The position numbers and the translations under genes are program-made. DNA of 12,050 nt from Candidatus Thorarchaeota archaeon (lineage in GTDB: Archaea; Asgardarchaeota; Thorarchaeia; Thorarchaeales; Thorarchaeaceae). Each line of letters opens with the position of its first letter. Positions within the stretch are counted from its first letter, which is position 1. The stretch lies in assembly GCA_029858305.1 (NCBI GenBank), contig JAOUFI010000068.1, positions 1 through 12,050 of the forward strand. The letters are read 5' to 3'. Below the pieces are notes generated by a model. It was not told the DNA's origin. It made no database searches and was given only the letters and a program-made list of their open reading frames with translations. Shown here piece by piece: positions 7,285-12,050 of the stretch.

Positions 7285-8201
7285 CTTACTCTATATTACA
7301 CATGATTGAGCTGATGGATGAACAGTTTCCATTATTACTACATTCAGTATTGGAACGGATACCTGTAATTGTAGCAGGCGAAGATATCGAACTCGTTGAT
7401 GACATAGCAGAGAGTCTTACGACACTTAGTCCTCACCGGCACAAACTTGTCTTTTGGCGTGACTTCACATCAGAATCCGAAATATTATCGGTTTGGGAAG
7501 AAGAAAAACACAACTATGAAGTGAGCAGGACTGTTGTATGCGGTCTCTCTGGAAATCTCCGACTAGCTCTTGATAGGATCACAAGATTCACCGGATGGAC
7601 ATTAGCAATTCCCTTGGGTTCAACAGTTTTAGGTATTCAAGTAAATGAAAAAATTCTTGGGGATGTCATTTCGCATGTTCTCCGTAACACTAGCAACTGT
7701 GGAATACTTAGAGTCAGTTCACCATCATTGATGAACTTCTCACTTATCAAACCAATAGATAGTAACTATAATGTGGAAAAGAAGATAGTCAGTAAAATCC
7801 TAGTTCGTAAAAAGCAATCTCTTGAGAGGATCAGACGTCTCCTCACAAAATCTCTGAGAGGAATGAATGTGTCTGAGCATATTATTAGCGCAGTATTGAA
7901 GCTAGACGATGAATCTGAAAAACTGACGCAAGATGTTTTTGAGGAGGAAGTGAATAACTATGTTCATGCTGCAAGGAGGGCGGTAACACTTCTCTCTCGC
8001 ATTAGACTTGCCAGAGAGCTCGGCGCATCAACGACATTAACTGAAAGAAACTTGTATGAAGCAATTGGATGGGAAGGTGGAGAACTGCCCGATTTGATTC
8101 AGTTTATCAGGGCAGAATGGCACGAGGACTTCTCTGATTGTGTCAAACTTGGAACAATCTCTGGTCTTGGGGCTTGGGTTGATAGTATGTGGGGAACATG
8201 A
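7281..8201 (+). CDS. Uncharacterised protein, probable stand-alone DENN domain of folliculin C-terminal type
   Basis: Clean 306-aa ORF with ATGA overlap and GAGGAG SD (7269-7274). The N-terminus SILHMIELMDEQFPLLLHSVLERIPVIVAGEDIELVDDIAESLTTLSP fits the DENN-core pattern, and the C-terminal half looks helical. The gene itself is well supported; the family call is by eye. Confidence 0.6.
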   Translation: MTYSILHMIELMDEQFPLLLHSVLERIPVIVAGEDIELVDDIAESLTTLSPHRHKLVFWRDFTSESEILSVWEEEKHNYEVSRTVVCGLSGNLRLALDRITRFTGWTLAIPLGSTVLGIQVNEKILGDVISHVLRNTSNCGILRVSSPSLMNFSLIKPIDSNYNVEKKIVSKILVRKKQSLERIRRLLTKSLRGMNVSEHIISAVLKLDDESEKLTQDVFEEEVNNYVHAARRAVTLLSRIRLARELGASTTLTERNLYEAIGWEGGELPDLIQFIRAEWHEDFSDCVKLGTISGLGAWVDSMWGT

Positions 8202-8219
8202 AATAGGGGGTCTCGAAAA

Positions 8220-8801
8220 GTGATAATTGACTATGGCAATCGAACTGTTGGTCTTAAGATAGTATTCTTTGGACCTGCCATGAGTGGAAAAACAACTGCA
8301 ATACGTTGGCTTTTCTCAACACTTGATTATGCCGACAAGCTCACATCGATAGAGAATACCGTTGGAAGGACCATGTTCTGTGATTTTGGTACAATCCCAT
8401 TTCCACTCAGCGCGAGTTGGACGATTAATGCGCATATCTGGTCTGCAACAGGTCAGGACTTCTATAGGTCCACAAGAGAGGTCGTACTTGTAGGAGCAGA
8501 TGGTGTTATTTTCATGGCGGACTCCCAAAGCAACTTGCTTGATGAAGACTTGGCAAGCTGGAATGAATTGATGTCGATGATTTTAGAAGAAGAGCGGCCA
8601 CTCCCAGTTGTTATCTGTCTTAATAAACAAGACTTACCTGCTGCTGTACAAGAGGAACAACTCCGAGCATATTTCAGACTTCCATTATCGGTTCCTGTTT
8701 TTCAGAGTATTGCTAAAGATGGTCATAATATCCTTGAAGCTTTTCAGTACATTTTCCAAGCAGCCATGAGAGCCAGTGTCATTGCAAAGCCAATTTCCTG
8801 A
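8220..8801 (+). CDS. mglA: MglA-like small Ras-superfamily GTPase
   Basis: N-terminal IDYGNRTVGLKIVFF, G1 GPAMSGKTT, G2 GRTMFCDF, G3 SATGQ, GADGVIFMADSQ, G4 NKQD, G5 SIA. GTG start preceded by AGGGGG (8205-8210). Confidence 0.88.
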   Translation: MIIDYGNRTVGLKIVFFGPAMSGKTTAIRWLFSTLDYADKLTSIENTVGRTMFCDFGTIPFPLSASWTINAHIWSATGQDFYRSTREVVLVGADGVIFMADSQSNLLDEDLASWNELMSMILEEERPLPVVICLNKQDLPAAVQEEQLRAYFRLPLSVPVFQSIAKDGHNILEAFQYIFQAAMRASVIAKPIS

Positions 8802-8837
8802 TGAATGGCGCTCATAGTGCTTAAGATTAGCGAACCA

Positions 8838-8843
8838 TTTATA
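8838..8843 (+). promoter_or_regulatory. Candidate TATA box upstream of pyrG
   Basis: TTTATA preceded by CGAACCA in the mglA-pyrG gap; SD-like GAGGT at 8909-8913. Confidence 0.4.
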
Positions 8844-8918
8844 CGACCTGCGGTGACTCCAGCTTCAATCCTAGTCGGGCACTTGGTGAGCTATGATATT
8901 TGTGATTAGAGGTCGATT

Positions 8919-10601
8919 ATGTTGAGTTCTATTAATGTAGGAACGAAATTTGTTTTCATAACTGGTGGTGTTCTATCTGGTATTGGTAAAGGTGTAACAA
9001 CAGCATCAATTGCAAAGCTTTTCCAGTTCCGCGGCTATAGTGTTCGAACAATCAAGATTGACCCCTATCTCAATATAGATCCCGGCACTTTGAATCCAAT
9101 CGAGCATGGTGAAGTTTTTGTGACCGACCAGACTTGGACATTTAGTCCTGTGGAAGGTTTTGATTTCTTAATCTCTGAGATTGATTTGGATTTTGGTACT
9201 TATGAACGATTCACTGGTATGGAAGTTCATCCGTCTCAAAATATAACATCTGGACAAATCTACATGTCTGTCATAATGGAGGAAAGAAAGGGTGGATTCC
9301 TCGGAAGAACGGTCCAAATAATACCTCATATTACAGATAGAATCAAGCAGAGAATTTGGGATGTTGTTCAAAAAGAACCAATACCTGATATCCTTCTAGT
9401 CGAAATCGGTGGCACCGTAGGCGATATAGAGGCCATGCCCTTCCTTGAAGCAGTACGACAACTCATCAGGGAAGTTGGGAGAGATCGAGTCGCAGCTGTT
9501 CATGTCACTTTAGTTCCTTACGTAAAATCAGTTGGAGAGTTCAAGACAAAACCGACCCAACACAGTGTACGAACTCTTCAAAGTCTGGGGATACAACCAG
9601 ACATAATTATTTGTAGATCAGAAAAACCACTGACAGCATCCGCAAAAGAAAAAATAGCACTATTCTGTAACGTTCCTGAGGCACAGGTTGTTTCAAATCC
9701 TGATATATCAGTCATCTACCAGCTTCCATTATCGTTTGAAGATGAAGGTCTTGGGGAAATCTTAGTCAATCATTTTAGACTTGAGTCGCGCGTTCCCAAT
9801 ACAGATGTATGGCAAAAAATCGTGCAATCATTTGAAAATCCCTCTGAAAAAGTAACAATTGCTATGCCTGGGAAATACACTATGTTAGGAGATTCCTATA
9901 AGAGCATCAATGAAGCATTAGCTCATGCGGCTGCAGCTTGTGGTGCTCAGGTAGAGATAAAGTGGATTGAAACAGATGAGCGAAGCACGGAAGAATGTCT
10001 TCTTGAAGATCTCTCTGATGTCGATGGTGTTCTACTCACACCGGGTTTTGGAGAACGTGGAGTCGAAGGTATGATTAGTGCTGCTATTGTTGCTTTAGAA
10101 TCTAAAATTCCTCTTTTGGGAATCTGTTATGGTGCCCAATTATCAACAGTTGCGTTCGCGCGACGTGTTATGGGTTGGAAGGGTGCTAATACCACGGAAG
10201 TCGATGCAGATAGTCTCTATCCAGTGGTCGATTTAATGGATGATCAGAAGCTAACCGAGGACAAGGGCGGAACAATGAGACTTGGAGGACATGCAGTTTA
10301 TATTGTTAAGGGGTCTCGTCTGCACGAAATTTATGGAACGGATATAGTTCGAGAAAGATTTAGGCATCGATTCCATCTTATTGAAAGATACCTCAAAAAA
10401 ATGCGTGAACGAGGTCTTAGTGTATCAGCATATGATGCTAGTAAGCGGATAATCAACGCAATAGAACTTACTGATCACCCCTTTTGGATTGGTGTTCAAT
10501 TTCATCCTGAGTTCAAATCTAGACCCGGAGAACCACATCCACTTTACTTGGGTCTAATAAGAGCTGCTCTTGCATACAAGAAAGTGAGAGTGACATCATA
10601 G
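8919..10601 (+). CDS. pyrG: CTP synthase (divergent)
   Basis: [59 protein letters not shown]; glutaminase triad GICYG and FHPEF. Confidence 0.97.
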   Translation: MLSSINVGTKFVFITGGVLSGIGKGVTTASIAKLFQFRGYSVRTIKIDPYLNIDPGTLNPIEHGEVFVTDQTWTFSPVEGFDFLISEIDLDFGTYERFTGMEVHPSQNITSGQIYMSVIMEERKGGFLGRTVQIIPHITDRIKQRIWDVVQKEPIPDILLVEIGGTVGDIEAMPFLEAVRQLIREVGRDRVAAVHVTLVPYVKSVGEFKTKPTQHSVRTLQSLGIQPDIIICRSEKPLTASAKEKIALFCNVPEAQVVSNPDISVIYQLPLSFEDEGLGEILVNHFRLESRVPNTDVWQKIVQSFENPSEKVTIAMPGKYTMLGDSYKSINEALAHAAAACGAQVEIKWIETDERSTEECLLEDLSDVDGVLLTPGFGERGVEGMISAAIVALESKIPLLGICYGAQLSTVAFARRVMGWKGANTTEVDADSLYPVVDLMDDQKLTEDKGGTMRLGGHAVYIVKGSRLHEIYGTDIVRERFRHRFHLIERYLKKMRERGLSVSAYDASKRIINAIELTDHPFWIGVQFHPEFKSRPGEPHPLYLGLIRAALAYKKVRVTS

Positions 10602-11767
10602 TGGACAAGAATCTCGACAAGCTATTGTCTCAACTCGTTAAAGAAATAGAGCGAGTCGAGGTGACAAAAAACCGATTTGGTGAAGTCTTACGGAATATTA
10701 AAGGAATAATCAATCTTGCTAAGTTTCCAGCTGTTTCATCTGCCACTGTTGAAAAAGGGCTCACAAAAAAGGTGGAACCAACTATTCTATCTGGGCTGCG
10801 AATAGCTGGAATTGATGGTGGATTGGTCCGACGCCAGTTTCGATCTATGGATTTAATTTTAGTAAGAGGTATTGCAGTTATATTTCAATTTGGCCCAGAA
10901 GAGGGTCCCAATGTTGAATTCTTTCCAGATCCCTTTCCTGAACCCCAAATACGACCTATGATGTTAACATTATCTGGAACGGAGTTGGATCAGCTTGCAT
11001 CATTAGAAAGAGTTGCTGCCGAACTCAGAGTGACTCTTGCAGTTCTTGATAAATTCCATACCGACTTAATTCTAGTAGACGGCTCATTATTCTATCATCC
11101 TCGAGACCGCCCCCAGATGGGATCGGCAGTCTACGAGAAATTCCAAGAGGTACTATCTCTGTACAAACAATTGTACAACAAGACTCGTAAGAAAGGGACA
11201 ACTCTTGTTGGTATTGTGAAGGATAGCAGATCAAGCAAAGTGACTAGTATTCTGGGTGATATCCTCCCGCATATTATACGTGATCCAGCAATATTTGAGA
11301 TGATGCAAGGAGTAGACTATCGATGGTTACTCAAAATCTCTCGAGATTGTGATATCTTAGACACGTTCTTGAATGAGGGCGAGCGATCTTTTGTTTTCAA
11401 ATATTCTTCAGAGCTACAAAACACCAGTAATTCACTACCAGACGATTTGACGAGTTGGGCGTCATCTATTTGGGTAACATACCTAAAGACCGCTCGGGAT
11501 GACTTACCACTAAGAATAGAGATTCTTACTGACCCCGACTCAGTCGACGAAGTATGGAAGATTGACAAAGCACTAGCTGCAATTCTTCCTCTCTCTTGGC
11601 AACATCCTGAATATGGTATTCCCACCCCAATTCTCGAAGCAGATACAAGAGCAAGGATAACAGCTAATGAAACAAGCATGGTAATAGATCGACTGATGGC
11701 TCTATCTGGACTCACCTATACAACCCTCGAGAAAAGACGTTCAAGAAATCCTTTTGGAGGTAACTAA
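10601..11767 (+). CDS. nurA: NurA-family nuclease
   Basis: IAGIDGG (D72), ILVDGSL (D160), VGIVKDS, PLRIE, and YGIPTPILEADTRARI. GTG start overlaps the pyrG TAG by 1 nt. Followed by a herA-like ORF. Confidence 0.88.
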   Translation: MDKNLDKLLSQLVKEIERVEVTKNRFGEVLRNIKGIINLAKFPAVSSATVEKGLTKKVEPTILSGLRIAGIDGGLVRRQFRSMDLILVRGIAVIFQFGPEEGPNVEFFPDPFPEPQIRPMMLTLSGTELDQLASLERVAAELRVTLAVLDKFHTDLILVDGSLFYHPRDRPQMGSAVYEKFQEVLSLYKQLYNKTRKKGTTLVGIVKDSRSSKVTSILGDILPHIIRDPAIFEMMQGVDYRWLLKISRDCDILDTFLNEGERSFVFKYSSELQNTSNSLPDDLTSWASSIWVTYLKTARDDLPLRIEILTDPDSVDEVWKIDKALAAILPLSWQHPEYGIPTPILEADTRARITANETSMVIDRLMALSGLTYTTLEKRRSRNPFGGN

Positions 11768-11768
11768 A

Positions 11769-12050
11769 ATATCAACAGACTATCCATCTACAGCACGACT
11801 AGGAACCGTTGTTTCTACAGATTCAGGTCCTAATGTCATGGAATTTTCATTCGTAGTGGAAGGTGACCCCAAAGATGTAGTTGCCAGGCGTGGGGAGTTC
11901 ATCTCAGTAGTTACCGATAACGGAACCGTGATTGCGAGAGTACAAGATCTCGTTCGAACAAATAGATATTACCAACATGCAGAAGCAGTGAGAGAGTACC
12001 AATCACGAGGAGAGCCGCTACGCTCCATATTTCCCACGGATCGTTGGCAG
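11769..12050 (+). CDS. herA: HerA-family helicase/ATPase, N-terminal HAS-barrel region (partial, runs off the window; absent from the ORF track)
   Basis: Open frame to the window end: (I)STDYPSTARLGTVVSTDSGPNVMEFSFVVEGDPKDVVARRGEFISVVTDNGTVIARVQDLVRTNRYY...IFPTDRWQ. HAS-barrel pattern (GxVV, FxFVV, RGEFI, IARV); directly follows nurA. Start ambiguous (ATA 11769 or TTG 11754). Confidence 0.75.
   Translation, partial: MSTDYPSTARLGTVVSTDSGPNVMEFSFVVEGDPKDVVARRGEFISVVTDNGTVIARVQDLVRTNRYYQHAEAVREYQSRGEPLRSIFPTDRWQ

Noticed and set aside
8220-8801. Calling the GTPase a Rag, Rab or Arf orthologue
   Set aside because: It has no C-terminal roadblock domain (Rag), no DTAGQ or DxGGQ, and no lipidation motif. 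The motifs match MglA.
8877-8880. GGGC as a Bacillus-type reiterative-transcription start for CTP-sensing pyrG attenuation
   Set aside because: It lies about 34 nt downstream of the candidate TATA box, too far for an archaeal start site, and no terminator hairpin with a U-tract follows.
3043-11715. Remaining small overlapping ORFs (3043-3243, 4312-4533, 4577-4759, 4868-5095, 5322-5510, 6309-6584, 6931-7119, 8316-8528, 9168-9371, 11025-11234, 11317-11715)
   Set aside because: All lie opposite confidently identified genes and lack motifs or convincing ribosome-binding sites.
1-12050. CRISPR array, IS/transposase, tRNA/rRNA, or defence island
   Set aside because: No regularly spaced repeats, terminal inverted repeats, transposase ORFs or cloverleafs were seen. 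Intergenic gaps are all under about 135 nt and the genes are mostly core-like.

Overview
Gene-dense archaeal chromosomal window, most consistent with an Asgard archaeon (inferred from the archaeal housekeeping families plus a roadblock/small-GTPase/DENN-like module). Left part: AMA-type AAA+ ATPase, UPF0200 P-loop kinase and UPF0201 protein (+), then Trm11/TrmG10 tRNA methyltransferase and GPN-loop GTPase (-). A divergent + strand run follows: HTH regulator, SAMHD1-like HD hydrolase, a three-gene cassette, a divergent CTP synthase, nurA and the 5' end of herA. The standout is the cassette at 6337-8801: a tandem-roadblock (MglB-like) protein, a 306-aa protein that by eye matches the folliculin-type DENN domain, and an MglA-like small GTPase. 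It may be a compact GTPase/GAP/DENN signalling unit intermediate between bacterial MglAB and eukaryotic Rag-Ragulator-FLCN. No tRNA, rRNA, CRISPR array or mobile element was recognised. All family calls come from motif recognition by eye, not database searches.
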